Shown here one piece after another: positions 9,399 through 21,416 of a stretch of DNA of 64,000 nt. Location of the stretch: the NCBI GenBank assembly GCA_965198225.1, contig CBDAOY010000007.1, positions 1 to 64,000 of the forward strand, read 5' to 3'. The stretch is from Terriglobia bacterium. GTDB taxonomy: Bacteria > Acidobacteriota > Terriglobia > 20CM-2-55-15. The notes under the pieces were generated by a model. It did no database searches, was not told the origin of the DNA, and saw only the letters and a program-made list of their open reading frames with translations. The first letter of the stretch is position 1, and each line of letters starts with the position of its first letter. The translations under genes and the position numbers were made by a program.

Positions 9399-10637
9399 CT
9401 AATTCGACGTCGGCCAGAGGGCTCCCTGGTTTGCTTTCGTGACCTGTCCGATTCCTTTGTATACGAATTTCTGTATCCGTTTTCCCTCGTAGGTCTCGGT
9501 CGTGTAAACGTTGCCCTGCGAATCGGTCGCAATACTATGCACCGCGAAGAACTGACCCGGCTGGCGTCCTCCATCGCCGAAACTGGTCAAGACCTCCATG
9601 GTTTCACGGAGTAGGATGTAGACCTTCATGTTCTGACCGTCGGCCAGATAGATGTACTTCTGCTCCGGATCCTTCGAGAAGGCGATGTCCCAGGTGGAGC
9701 CCTGAGCGAGCGTTTCTGATGCGATGAACGCTTCCTTTACGTACGTGCCATCTCGCTGGAACACCTGAATTCGATCGGAAGCGCGATCGCATACGTACAG
9801 GAGTCCGTCGTCTGCCAGGTCGACGCAGTGCACCGGGCCACGGAACTGCTGAGCGGGAGGGGCGTCCGGACTGTACCGACCGAGCGGGGCGTCATCGGGC
9901 TTGTTGCCGTACGCGCCCCAGTATCGTTTGAATTTGCCGGTATCCGCGTCTACGACCGCGACGCGCTTGTTGAGGTAGCCGTCGGCGAAATAGGCCTCGT
10001 TGGCCTGTGGATCGACAAAGAGGTCCGCGACTCGTCCGAAGTTCTCTGTGTCGTTGCTGTCGGCCTGAAACCTCGGCCTGCCGTTGGGGGCGGTACCCGC
10101 AGCATGCGCCCCGGACTTACCCATTTGCATCAAGAACTTTCCGTTCCGGTTGAACTTCAAGACCTGCGCGTCGGGTTGGCCATTCCCGCCGATCCAGATG
10201 TTGTCCTTGTGGTCGACCACGATCCCGTGGTTGGACCCCGGCCACTCGTAGCCCTCGCCCGGCCCACCCCAGTGTCCGACAAGGTTGCCTTCCGGATCGA
10301 ACTCGAGGATATTCGGCGCCGGGATACAGCACTCGCTCACGGGCGGATCAAGGGTGGCGCCGATTTCAGTCCGCTCGGCAAACGTGGTCCGCCGATGAAT
10401 GACCCAGACATGGTCCCTTGAGTCGACATCCACGCCGATAGTCGAGCCCATGATCCAATGGTTCGGCAGCGGCTTCGGCCAGAACGGGTCGACCTCGAAG
10501 ATCGGTGCCTCGACCATGTCCTCGCTTTGCGCCACAGCGCTGCGTTCGAGCACCACTGCGCCGACGCCCAGTGCGACCATGAGTGCGAGCAACGTCGCAC
10601 CGACAAAGAGATTAGGCTTTCGCTTCATCCTTCTCAT
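9399..10637 (-). CDS. Secreted NHL-repeat beta-propeller protein (PAL-like)
   Basis: Signal/anchor, FEVDPFWPKPLP, ADGYLNKRV, YVCDRASDRIQVF, HSIATDSQGNVY. Confidence 0.8.
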   Translation of the reverse strand: MRRMKRKPNLFVGATLLALMVALGVGAVVLERSAVAQSEDMVEAPIFEVDPFWPKPLPNHWIMGSTIGVDVDSRDHVWVIHRRTTFAERTEIGATLDPPVSECCIPAPNILEFDPEGNLVGHWGGPGEGYEWPGSNHGIVVDHKDNIWIGGNGQPDAQVLKFNRNGKFLMQMGKSGAHAAGTAPNGRPRFQADSNDTENFGRVADLFVDPQANEAYFADGYLNKRVAVVDADTGKFKRYWGAYGNKPDDAPLGRYSPDAPPAQQFRGPVHCVDLADDGLLYVCDRASDRIQVFQRDGTYVKEAFIASETLAQGSTWDIAFSKDPEQKYIYLADGQNMKVYILLRETMEVLTSFGDGGRQPGQFFAVHSIATDSQGNVYTTETYEGKRIQKFVYKGIGQVTKANQGALWPTSN

Positions 10638-10819
10638 CTCCTGTTCCTCCCGTGGGAGGAGTAAGCAGCATAAAAATCAAGACCTTCCACCGGGTAAATC
10701 GAGGGCGTCAGTATAACGGAAAATCCGGGTGGCTACCATTTTCTTGGGGTGGCGGAAAGTTGCGCAGTGCGAGCACGTGAATCGGAAGGAGGGGCCGGGT
10801 TGCCGCCGTTGGTTTTCGG

Positions 10820-12220
10820 TTGTCAGCCGCCTTTCGATCCAATTACTCTACGCTCGTGTTGCAGCCTCTGCCCAGACACTCTGCAGCCCGCCGTCACCTC
10901 GTCCTGCTGTCGGCGGTGCTGGTCGTATTCCTCGTGCCATCCGACAGCGCTGCGCACGAGGTTCCAAACGACGTGACGGTCCGGGCGTTCGTCAAGCCGG
11001 AGGGAGAACGACTGCGTCTGCTGGTTCGGGTGCCTCTGGAGGCACTGCAGGACGTAGAGTGGCCAACCCGCGGTCCGGGGTACCTGGACCTGACGGCCCT
11101 CGACGCAATTCTTCGTGACGCCGCAACGCTCTGGATCTCAGACAACGTCGACTTCTACGAGGACGATGTCCTGCTTCCCGATGCCAGCGCGGTTCAATTG
11201 CAGGTTTCGTTGCCCTCCGATAGTTCCTTCGCGTCTTACGAAGAAGCCCTTGCGCACATCCGTGGCCCGGGATTGCCCGAGGACACGGAGCTGTATTGGG
11301 AGCAGGGGATGCTCGACGTCCTGTTTGAGTATCCCATTCGTTCGGACCAGTCGGACTTCTCGATCGATCCCAGTTTCGAGCGGTTGGGGCTGCACGTGCT
11401 GACCGCGCTTCGTTTTCTACCGCCGGACGGCACGGTCCGCGCGTTCCAGTTGCCGGGGCATCCGGGCCTCGTCCGGCTCGACCCGCGATGGCACCAGGCC
11501 GCCCTGCGTTTTACTGAGCTGGGGTTCCTCCACATCCTGGACGGGATCGATCACCTGTTATTCCTGCTGTGCCTGGTAATCCCGTTCCGCCGCTTTCGCC
11601 CGCTCCTGGTGATCGTCACGTCCTTTACCGTCGCACATTCGATGACGTTGATAGCGTCGGCTTTCGACCTGGCGCCAGACGCGTTGTGGTTTCCCCCTCT
11701 GGTCGAGATGCTGATCGCGATGTCCATCGTGTACATGGCACTCGAGAACATCGTGGGAACCAAGGTTGAACGCCGGTGGATGATCACCTTCGGGTTCGGA
11801 CTGATCCACGGGTTCGGCTTCTCATTCGCGCTCCAGCAGACGCTGCAGTTCGCCGGATCCCATCTTCTGACGTCATTGTTGTCCTTCAACCTCGGCGTGG
11901 AGTTGGGACAGATCCTCGTCCTCATGCTGGTGATCCCGGGACTGGGCCTGCTGTTCCGTTACGGCGTCGCCGAGCGTATCGGGGTCATCATTCTCTCCGT
12001 GTTCGTCGCTCACACGGGCTGGCACTGGATGGTCGAGCGGTGGGGCGTGTTGAGCCAGTACCCGATGCCGGAACTGAACGCCTCGCTGCTGGCGAGTGCC
12101 ATGAGATGGCTAATGCTGATCGTAGCCCTGGCAGGAGTGGTGTGGCTGTTCTCCGGCGCGCTGCGACAATGGATCGAGCAGGAAGGCGAGGACAAGGACG
12201 CGATCGGCGCGGAGGACTAG
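10820..12220 (+). CDS. HupE/UreJ family membrane protein with N-terminal periplasmic domain
   Basis: AHEVP after signal; HILDGIDHLLFL, FTVAHS, FGLIHGFGF, FNLGVELGQ; start uncertain. Confidence 0.85.
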   Translation: MSAAFRSNYSTLVLQPLPRHSAARRHLVLLSAVLVVFLVPSDSAAHEVPNDVTVRAFVKPEGERLRLLVRVPLEALQDVEWPTRGPGYLDLTALDAILRDAATLWISDNVDFYEDDVLLPDASAVQLQVSLPSDSSFASYEEALAHIRGPGLPEDTELYWEQGMLDVLFEYPIRSDQSDFSIDPSFERLGLHVLTALRFLPPDGTVRAFQLPGHPGLVRLDPRWHQAALRFTELGFLHILDGIDHLLFLLCLVIPFRRFRPLLVIVTSFTVAHSMTLIASAFDLAPDALWFPPLVEMLIAMSIVYMALENIVGTKVERRWMITFGFGLIHGFGFSFALQQTLQFAGSHLLTSLLSFNLGVELGQILVLMLVIPGLGLLFRYGVAERIGVIILSVFVAHTGWHWMVERWGVLSQYPMPELNASLLASAMRWLMLIVALAGVVWLFSGALRQWIEQEGEDKDAIGAED

Positions 12221-12287
12221 TACGACAAAGAGATCGACGGCAACCCCCATCGGCCCGGAGGGTTGCGGCGGAACGGTCGGGTCTTCG

Positions 12288-12563
12288 TTGCGGCTACCAT
12301 TTTCCGCGTTTCGCCTGCAGCCCCTCGAGGCCGGTCGCACCGGCTGGACCGACGAAGAGACCCGCCGCAACTTCGAGGCCGTGAAGCGAGTCGTCGTAGC
12401 GGGAGATCCCGGGGTAAGCCGGCTGCTGATGCTCCCACTCGCACCCGAGCCGGGGGGCGATCCCTTCCATCCGGGAGGCAGGCACTGCTCCTCCCAGGAC
12501 GATCCGGAGTGGCAGATGCTAGCCGACTGGGTGCGCGGTGTAGCGCCCTCTCCGCGAGACTAA
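12288..12563 (+). pseudogene. Probable C-terminal remnant of a small periplasmic protein
   Basis: FRLQPL..RRNFE..PG.SRLL..PLA..GGDPFH.GG..DDPEWQ resembles, from memory, the C-terminal half of CxxCH-bearing proteins; no signal peptide or CxxCH in frame. Confidence 0.4.
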
Positions 12564-12585
12564 CCAAGACCTGCGCAAAAACGAT

Positions 12586-12678
12586 TAGCTATCAGCTTTC
12601 GGCGTTCAGCTTCTAAAGGAGGACGCTCAATGTTTGGTTTCTTGGGCTGAAAGCTGGATGCTGATCGTTGAGAGCCCT
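12586..12678. repeat. Degenerate heptamer-type (GCTATCA/GCTGAAA) inverted tracts
   Basis: TAGCTATCAGCTTTCGGCGTTCAGC facing GCTGAAAGCTGGATGCTGATCGTTGA. Confidence 0.45.
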
Positions 12679-12819
12679 CAGAACCCGAACCTCCAGAGCC
12701 GGACCTTTTCTTGATTTTCTAAACCCTTCCCAAAGAGTCGCTTGCGTGTCCCGAGGATCACCTGCCCTAGTCGTCTTGAAACGATTCTGGCGTGGGAGAC
12801 GTATTGTATCTAGCAGGGG

Positions 12820-12849
12820 TGATATTGATATGATATCATTCTAATATCA
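12820..12849. promoter_or_regulatory. 30-bp palindromic operator candidate for the SPFH/Arc operon
   Basis: TGATATT-GAT-ATGATATCAT-TCT-AATATCA directly upstream of the GGAGG RBS. Confidence 0.65.
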
Positions 12850-12861
12850 TGGGAGGATGCC

Positions 12862-13743
12862 ATGCAAGTAAACAACGAAAAAACAATCCAGGTACAGAGC
12901 GGGTGGGTGATGCTGTTCTTCAACATCATCCTCTTGCTTGGCGGGATATTCCTCACGCTATATGCCATCGACGAAGCCGCCTCGTGGCTCTTCCTGTCGA
13001 TTCCGACCATCGTTCTCGGTGGGATTTGCACGGGTGGATTCTTTACCCTGCAGCCCAACGAAGCGCGTGTCTTGATTCTGTTCGGGCAGTACGTCGGCAC
13101 CGCCCGTGAGAGCGGGTTTCGCTGGACGAACCCCTTCTACACGAAGGCGAAGATCTCCCTGCGCTCGAGGAATTTCGACGGCGAGAAACTGAAGGTCAAC
13201 GAGGCTGGCGGAAACCCCATCGAGATTTCAGCGGTCGTGGTGTGGCGTGTCGCCGACACAGCGAAGGCGGTCTTCGACGTCGACGATTACGAGCACTTCG
13301 TGAAGGTCCAGAGTGAATCGGCCTTACGGCACATGGCGAATCAATACCCCTGCGATCAAGGTGAGGACGAGGATGAGACACAGGTCACCCTGCGAAGCGG
13401 GATGGACGAGGTCAACCGAACCCTACTGGATCAGGTGCAGGACCGTCTCAGACGCGCCGGCGTGAAAGTCGAGGAGGCTAGGCTGAACCACCTCGCATAT
13501 GCGCCGGAGATCGCCGGTGCGATGCTCCGACGCCAGCAGGCCGAAGCGATCATCGCGGCGCGAAAGAAAATCGTTCATGGCGCGGTCAGCATGGTGGACA
13601 TGGCCCTGCGCGATCTGGCAGAGCAACGTGTAGTGGAACTTGACGAGGAGCGCAAGGCGACGATGGTGAGTAACCTGCTCGTCGTCCTGTGCGGCGAAAC
13701 TGAAGCCCACCCGGTGATCAACGCGGGTTCGCTCTACAACTAG
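12862..13743 (+). CDS. SPFH/band 7 domain protein
   Basis: Two TM helices, [41 protein letters not shown]. Confidence 0.9.
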   Translation: MQVNNEKTIQVQSGWVMLFFNIILLLGGIFLTLYAIDEAASWLFLSIPTIVLGGICTGGFFTLQPNEARVLILFGQYVGTARESGFRWTNPFYTKAKISLRSRNFDGEKLKVNEAGGNPIEISAVVVWRVADTAKAVFDVDDYEHFVKVQSESALRHMANQYPCDQGEDEDETQVTLRSGMDEVNRTLLDQVQDRLRRAGVKVEEARLNHLAYAPEIAGAMLRRQQAEAIIAARKKIVHGAVSMVDMALRDLAEQRVVELDEERKATMVSNLLVVLCGETEAHPVINAGSLYN

Positions 13744-13755
13744 CAGGACCGAATC

Positions 13756-13944
13756 GTGTCTCGCAAGGCATTTCTCCTGAGGATCGATGTCAAGCTCTGG
13801 GAAGAGCTCATGCGGTGGTCGCATGACGAGTTGCGCAGTGTCAACGGTCAAATCGAGTACCTGTTGAAGCAGGCCGTCGACAAGAGAAAGGGAGTCCATT
13901 CAGCCGAGGGCTCCCTTGACGAACCGAAACCCGACGATCCGTGA
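13756..13944 (+). CDS. Arc-like ribbon-helix-helix DNA-binding protein
   Basis: RKAFLLRID..W..DELRSVNGQIEYLL; customary partner of this SPFH subfamily. Confidence 0.8.
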   Translation: MSRKAFLLRIDVKLWEELMRWSHDELRSVNGQIEYLLKQAVDKRKGVHSAEGSLDEPKPDDP

Positions 13945-14003
13945 ACTCGGAGGAAAGGCCTATCGAGGGAGGGCCTTCTTAAAAGGCGTGTGTTCAAGCC
14001 AGG

Positions 14004-14180
14004 TGTAGGTGCGGTCTATGACCGCACGTGATTCCGGCTTGAGGGAGGCCTGGGGGGACCAGCTGTCTTTCTCCACACACCCGCGCACGGCGATCGGCAC
14101 TTGAACGCTCAAACTCACCTCGAGAGGGGGACGGTGGGCCCGACGCTAATGAATGGTTCCGCTCATAGAGCGCACCTGCA
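14004..14180. repeat. Inverted pair of GTAG-type REPs (REPIN-like)
   Basis: TGTAGGTGCGGTCTATGACCGCAC (14004-14027) and degenerate inverse at 14156-14180, between convergent genes. Confidence 0.65.
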
Positions 14181-14252
14181 CGCGATCAGATCAGCGATCT
14201 GAAACCTCAAACCTGCAATCTCGAATTTCGAATGAGTCCTTCGGGGGCTTTC

Positions 14253-14543
14253 TCAGGATGTACCCGGCGGTTTCTTCTTCGGGTCAGGGTGGGAGTGGGC
14301 CGTGCCCTTCAAGTATTTCTCAGGATCCTTCGTGAAAGCGGCCATGTCAGCTTTCATGCAGAAGTAGTAAGTCTTCCCGTTGTACTTGGCGGACAGTTCA
14401 GGTTTCTTCTCAACCATCATATTGCATACCGGGTCTTTGACCTTTTCGGCCTTTTCCGGCGCCTTTGTCTGTGCCCACGCGGCGGTGACCGACGCGCCGG
14501 CAAAGACGGCGACAAGCGACATCGCCAGAACCCATTGTTTCAT
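14253..14543 (-). CDS. Secreted YHS domain protein
   Basis: Signal peptide; KDPVCNMMV, YNGKTYYFC, FTKDPEKY. Confidence 0.85.
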   Translation of the reverse strand: MKQWVLAMSLVAVFAGASVTAAWAQTKAPEKAEKVKDPVCNMMVEKKPELSAKYNGKTYYFCMKADMAAFTKDPEKYLKGTAHSHPDPKKKPPGTS

Positions 14544-14791
14544 GTTACGAAACACCTCCCAGTGATTGTCTAAACCAATAAACCGTCGACGGTTAGAATG
14601 CAAGAAAAAACCATCGGACTTCGAGAACGCCTTCCCGATCATCCCGTGTCGTTCCCCGAGGGTCAGTCGTGATCGACAGACCGAAAACCGGTTTCAGGTT
14701 TGCCAGGATTGTCGGGGAAGAAGCGGCGGCCTGTCGCGTTCTCTCTGTTGTTGGACGGGGCTTGAGCCGGGAAGTTAGAAGTTAGTTTACC

Positions 14792-14930
14792 GTAGTCCGT
14801 TGGCAGCAGTCAGTCGTGATAAGCACGACCTTCGACTCCCTCTCCTGCTAAGGAGGGGAGTCTTTGGCATATGACGCAGCGTCGAGGAGCTTTCCCAACA
14901 TCCTACTGACTACTGGCAACTGACAACTGA
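14792..14930. repeat. Heptamer (CTGACTA) inverted tracts enclosing a CCCTCTCCT..AGGAGGGG hairpin
   Basis: GGCAGCAGTCAGTCG ... CTACTGACTACTGGCAACTGACAACTG. Confidence 0.5.
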
Positions 14931-15038
14931 TCCCGGGTACAATACCCGGGATCGATCGGCGTCCGATCGCGTCTGCGCCTGGGATCAGGAGATTGGTGCT
15001 CCTCATCATCAGGCGCTCTCCGTTTCTGGAGGGTTTGT

Positions 15039-16244
15039 TTGGGAGTTTGCAAGTGTCACGCGGTGCTGATGTGGTCTCTGCTCCTGGCCGTCACGTTTGC
15101 GGCCGTGCCTCGCTACGTGGAGATGGAGTTCCACGCGGCTGCTGCCGCGGCTCCCCCCGAGCTCCCCGCCCCGCTCGAGTTCGTCAAGGGGGCCTTCGGC
15201 CGGAACGAGACGCTCTCGACTACCCTGGCTGCTCACGATGTCTCCCACTTGGTGGCATACCAGGTCGCTCAAGCTGTCCGACCCGTCTTCGATGTCCGGA
15301 GTTTCAAGCCCGGTCAAGCGTTCCAGATCATCAGAGAGGCCGACGGCAGCCTGCGCGCGTTTGATTACACGATCGACGATGAGCGGATCCTCAGGGTCGA
15401 GCGGAAAGATGACGAGTTCCTCGGTCGCGTGGATGAGCTCGAGTTCGAAGTCATTCCCGGGACGGTGTCAGCTACGATTACCAGTTCGCTGTGGGATGCC
15501 CTGGAAGGGGCTCCTAAACGCGGTTGGCTCGTCATGGAACTGGAGCAGATCTACCAGTACGACATCGATTTCTTCAAAGAGATTCGGCCCGGCGATTCAA
15601 TCAACCTAATCATCGAGGAGAAATACCACCGCGGCAAGTTCGTCAAGTATGGTCCCGTGCGGGCGGCGGAGTTCGTCAACCAGGGACGCCCCTACCAGGC
15701 GTATCTCTTCCGTGACGCGTACTACGACGAGAAGGGCATGGGCGTGGAGCGCTCGCTTCTGCGTGCACCGCTGCTCTACTCCAGGGTCAGCTCGCGTTTT
15801 TCTTATCGGCGTCTGCACCCAATTTACCGGACGGTGCGTCCCCACCTGGGTGTGGACTACGCTGCCCCGAACGGAACGCCGGTTCAGACCGTGGGCAACG
15901 GCACCGTGACTTTCGCGGGAACGAATGGTGGGTTCGGGCGAATGGTGACGGTGCGACATCCGAACGGCATGACGACGTCCTACGCCCATCTATCCCGGAT
16001 ATCGGTCAGCCGTGGCCAAAAGGTGAAAAGGGGAGACACGGTAGGTCTGGTGGGCATGACGGGGACGGCAACGGGGCCCCATCTCGATTACCGGATGACC
16101 GTCAACGGAAGACCCGTCAATCCCTTGACGGTCAAAGCCGATCCTCCAAAGCCGATCGCCCCCCGCTACAAGGACGAGTATCTCCGCTTCATCACGGATC
16201 TGCATACCGGGCTGCAGGATCTCGCCATCCAGGTCGGTAACTAA
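15039..16244 (+). CDS. M23 family peptidoglycan DD-metalloendopeptidase (MepM-like)
   Basis: HLGVD (HxxxD), YAHL, TGPHLDY; N-terminal TM. Confidence 0.9.
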   Translation: MGVCKCHAVLMWSLLLAVTFAAVPRYVEMEFHAAAAAAPPELPAPLEFVKGAFGRNETLSTTLAAHDVSHLVAYQVAQAVRPVFDVRSFKPGQAFQIIREADGSLRAFDYTIDDERILRVERKDDEFLGRVDELEFEVIPGTVSATITSSLWDALEGAPKRGWLVMELEQIYQYDIDFFKEIRPGDSINLIIEEKYHRGKFVKYGPVRAAEFVNQGRPYQAYLFRDAYYDEKGMGVERSLLRAPLLYSRVSSRFSYRRLHPIYRTVRPHLGVDYAAPNGTPVQTVGNGTVTFAGTNGGFGRMVTVRHPNGMTTSYAHLSRISVSRGQKVKRGDTVGLVGMTGTATGPHLDYRMTVNGRPVNPLTVKADPPKPIAPRYKDEYLRFITDLHTGLQDLAIQVGN

Positions 16245-16404
16245 GCCACTGATTACACGGACAGCAAGAAGCAGGCCACGGATTACACGGACAGGAAAGA
16301 AACCGTCGTCTGCTCTCCGAAAGACATTGTCCTAATCCGATAAATCCGTGCAATCCGTGGCTGAAACTATCCGCGTAATCCTGGTGAATCGGCGTAATCG
16401 GTGT
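16245..16404. repeat. GCCACGGATTACACGGA / ATCCGTG.AATCCGTGGC inverted-repeat element
   Basis: Two left copies (16245, 16275) and inverse copies (16344-16404) between convergent genes. Confidence 0.7.
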
Positions 16405-17415
16405 CTACGGTAGCTCGTCGTTCAGTTCCTGAAAGACTTTCCTTATTGCTGTGGGTCCCTGGCTTGATGACAGCCTCCATCCGGCCAGGTCTCCCCAATC
16501 TGCCTGTTCGTCCCCTTCTTCCGGACTCAGGCCCGCCTCGTGGAGCCGCGTTGCTTCCGCGATGACCGCTTCGAGGGCACGACGGTATTCGGCCAGTTCC
16601 TCACGGGAGACTTCCGGTTCCTCGACGAAACCGTGCCCCGGAATGTAGGTCTCCACATCCATGTTCTGTGCCTTGTCGATGACTTCGACCCACTCGGAAG
16701 GGTAGGCGGAGCGCATCGCCGGGAAGACCCGATTCAGGAATGCCTCGCTCATGAACAGGATCCTTTCCGCCGGCAGGTACACGTGGAGATCTCCGCCGGT
16801 GTGCGCCCGGCCCAGGAACAGGATCTGGATCTCCTTGCCTCCCATCGTGATCGTCCTCTGGTCGTCGACGGTCTCGGTCGGGACGACGATCGGCGGGGGC
16901 TCGGCACCGCCCCGTCCGCGTCGGTTGGGGTTGTTCGCCGAACGTTCCAGGGTGGCCTTCGATGTCGATGAAGAGATGAAGGTCGCCTCGGACGGGAATT
17001 CGCTGTTGCCACTGGTGTGGTCGCCGTGATCGGAGCAGATCACGACGTGGGTGATCGGTTGTTCGGTGATCTGCCCGATCTCATCGATCATGCGTCTGGT
17101 TTCTTCCGCGTTTCCCTGGCCATCTGCGACCAGTACCCCTTCGTCGGTTACCACGAACATGCTGACCGTCGTGAACGGTTCATCGCCGCCCACACCGCGA
17201 AGCTGCTCGTAGGAATAGACGCCCGCCGCCAGTTCCTTGACGCGGGGGAAGTCGGCCGCGCCGAGACCCCGGGCTGCCGGGTCGGCCGTCCGCATGAGGG
17301 GCGGTGGCGCGGCCTCGGCGGGCGCTTCCGCGTCCGGCTCTTCGGCGGGAGCGCATGCGGCCAGTAATAGCAAAGTAAACAGAACAAAAATCGGTCCTCG
17401 GGTCTTGCTCGTCAT
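16405..17415 (-). CDS. MBL-fold metallo-hydrolase, lipoprotein
   Basis: LAAC lipobox; SDHGDH, AHTGGD, IPGHG; GGGAGG RBS before ATG 17415. Confidence 0.85.
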   Translation of the reverse strand: MTSKTRGPIFVLFTLLLLAACAPAEEPDAEAPAEAAPPPLMRTADPAARGLGAADFPRVKELAAGVYSYEQLRGVGGDEPFTTVSMFVVTDEGVLVADGQGNAEETRRMIDEIGQITEQPITHVVICSDHGDHTSGNSEFPSEATFISSSTSKATLERSANNPNRRGRGGAEPPPIVVPTETVDDQRTITMGGKEIQILFLGRAHTGGDLHVYLPAERILFMSEAFLNRVFPAMRSAYPSEWVEVIDKAQNMDVETYIPGHGFVEEPEVSREELAEYRRALEAVIAEATRLHEAGLSPEEGDEQADWGDLAGWRLSSSQGPTAIRKVFQELNDELP

Positions 17416-17650
17416 GTAGTCCTCCCGTGTGTGGCCAGCTATTTGAGCACAAGGGAGCAATCCGACTCAAGCCACCTTTTTTTTGATGGGCGTCCAGGCA
17501 ATATGGCCTGCTCGGCGAGGCGGAGAGGTCAATTTGAGGACCCGCTTGCCAATGAGTCAGCTTTCTTCCTAGGACTAAAAGTCGTTGATTTTTGTACCAG
17601 CGTGATGATTAAATCTGGTCGTTTCATTTTCTTCAAAAACTACAGAAACC

Positions 17651-18109
17651 ATGGTCTCGCCCGTGCCCAGAGAACCCACACCCGACATTGTGCTCGTCGA
17701 CGACGATCCCGACGTCCTCCAAGCCACCTGCCAGGCTCTGTCGCTGGCCGGGTTTCCCGTCTCGGAGACCACCGATCCCAGAAAGGCCATCGAGATCCTC
17801 TCGGAGACTGCCGAGCGGCTCTGTCTCCTGGTCACCGACGTTTCGATGCCGAATCTGAGCGGACCGGAGTTGGCTCGCCAGGCTTATCGCAAGTGTCCGA
17901 ACCTGCGAGTTCTCTTCATTTCAGGTGGGTTCGACAGCGATGTGAAGTTCCGGTGGAGCGACCCGCAGCTGCAGAAGCCCTTTACGCCGGATCAGCTGGT
18001 GCGCGAGGTCAAGCGTGCGATCGCGGGCGAGCTGTCGGATCGTTGGATGAGTGCGACGGAGGAGCCTGACTGGACGGGTCCGGAGCGTCGCTCAAGATCC
18101 CTTGTTTGA
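17651..18109 (+). CDS. Stand-alone response regulator receiver protein
   Basis: VLVDDD, LVTDVSMP, FISG, LQKPF. Confidence 0.9.
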   Translation: MVSPVPREPTPDIVLVDDDPDVLQATCQALSLAGFPVSETTDPRKAIEILSETAERLCLLVTDVSMPNLSGPELARQAYRKCPNLRVLFISGGFDSDVKFRWSDPQLQKPFTPDQLVREVKRAIAGELSDRWMSATEEPDWTGPERRSRSLV

Positions 18110-18319
18110 TTGCAGGACGTCTTTCCCCAGACCGCCTTCATGAGCGGGACGCCATCGGATCGCTTTCTCGAGCTCAAAGGCCAGTCCCCAGGCGATCCCT
18201 CCAGCCTCGAAACGAGTCATACCTTGGTCCCGCGTTCCCAGGCTGATCTGGAGTTCCACTGTTCCTCGCCTCAGTCCTCGGTCCTGTAGTGCTACCATTT
18301 TCGAAACGGAGGGAATCAG

Positions 18320-18811
18320 ATGGCGGAAGACGACGGCTGGAAACCGGAGGTAGGAACAGAACTGGATCGAATCATAGCGGTTTCCCGACACCTGCTGGAA
18401 GTGGATGAAGAAACGCCATCCGGCAAGCCGGCCCCCGGCAAGTGGTCACCAAAGGAAATCATTGGGCACCTGATCGACTCTGCCGCGAACAACCACCATC
18501 GTTTCGTCCGGCTCCAACACGAACAACAGTTGGAGTTTCCAGGCTACGAACAGGACAAATGGGTTCAGATTCAGCGCTACCAGGATCGTGACTGGAAGGA
18601 ACTGGTCATACTATGGGCGACATACAACCGGCACCTGCTCCATGTCATCCGCCATGTCGATCCGGCTTGCCTCGAAAGAACCTGGACCGTGGGGGAGGGA
18701 ACCGACGAATTGCCCACCCTGCGGTTTTTGATGGAGGACTACTTCGATCACATGCGCCATCACCTCTCCCAGATCAAAGCGTTGATCCCCGATGCCAGTT
18801 TCGATGGCTGA
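18320..18811 (+). CDS. DinB family protein
   Basis: GKWSPKEIIGHLIDSA, YEQDKWV, HMRHHL. Confidence 0.88.
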   Translation: MAEDDGWKPEVGTELDRIIAVSRHLLEVDEETPSGKPAPGKWSPKEIIGHLIDSAANNHHRFVRLQHEQQLEFPGYEQDKWVQIQRYQDRDWKELVILWATYNRHLLHVIRHVDPACLERTWTVGEGTDELPTLRFLMEDYFDHMRHHLSQIKALIPDASFDG

Positions 18812-18843
18812 GACGGAGAGGCCCGATGGACGGGGAATGGAAT

Positions 18844-18992
18844 AACCACGGAGGCCTCGAGGCACGGAGAAGGATCTTTTATCAGGAGCAGTGTGTCCGT
18901 ACCGACGAGAAGCTCTTACTCTCGCCTCACGTGACACGAATGGGCTTCTTTCAGAAAAAACAGAAACTCCGTGCCTCCGAGCCTCCGTGGTT
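18844..18992. repeat. ACCACGGAGG-type 26-bp inverted-repeat element
   Basis: AACCACGGAGGCCTCGAGGCACGGAG / CTCCGTGCCTCCGAGCCTCCGTGGTT. Confidence 0.75.
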
Positions 18993-19022
18993 GGTTTCTT
19001 ATTGCCCGGGCCGGAGGGCCGG

Positions 19023-19342
19023 TCAGGTTTCGAGGAGGGTCAGCAGGCGTTGCATTCTGTCGGGATCGCGCTCCAGGTCATGGAGCACTATGTTCCTGAC
19101 GCTGTGCCAATCCCCACCGTCGTCGATGACATCCATGAATTCCGCAGCGTCGGCAGGCGAAGCGAACGTGTAGGCTTCAAAACGCATTCCCTCGATTCTC
19201 GCGACGCCGAACGTGCATCGAAAGTACCGATTGCGAAACTCTGCCCGCTCACGGGAAAGCATTGTGCCGTAGTCGTCCATGAAAATCTCTTCGACCGGCT
19301 CACTTCCTTCCTTCCCGATCCGGCGGAGTAGGTCATCCCACT

Positions 19343-19346
<4 letters not shown>
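19023..19346 (-). CDS. Hypothetical protein
   Basis: ATGA-coupled to the upstream YyaL-like gene; no recognisable motif. Confidence 0.65.
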
Positions 19347-21373
<2,027 letters not shown>

Positions 21374-21416
21374 ATTAACGGGAACCGAGCGAACCGGGGT
21401 AGCAGGACACGGGCCG

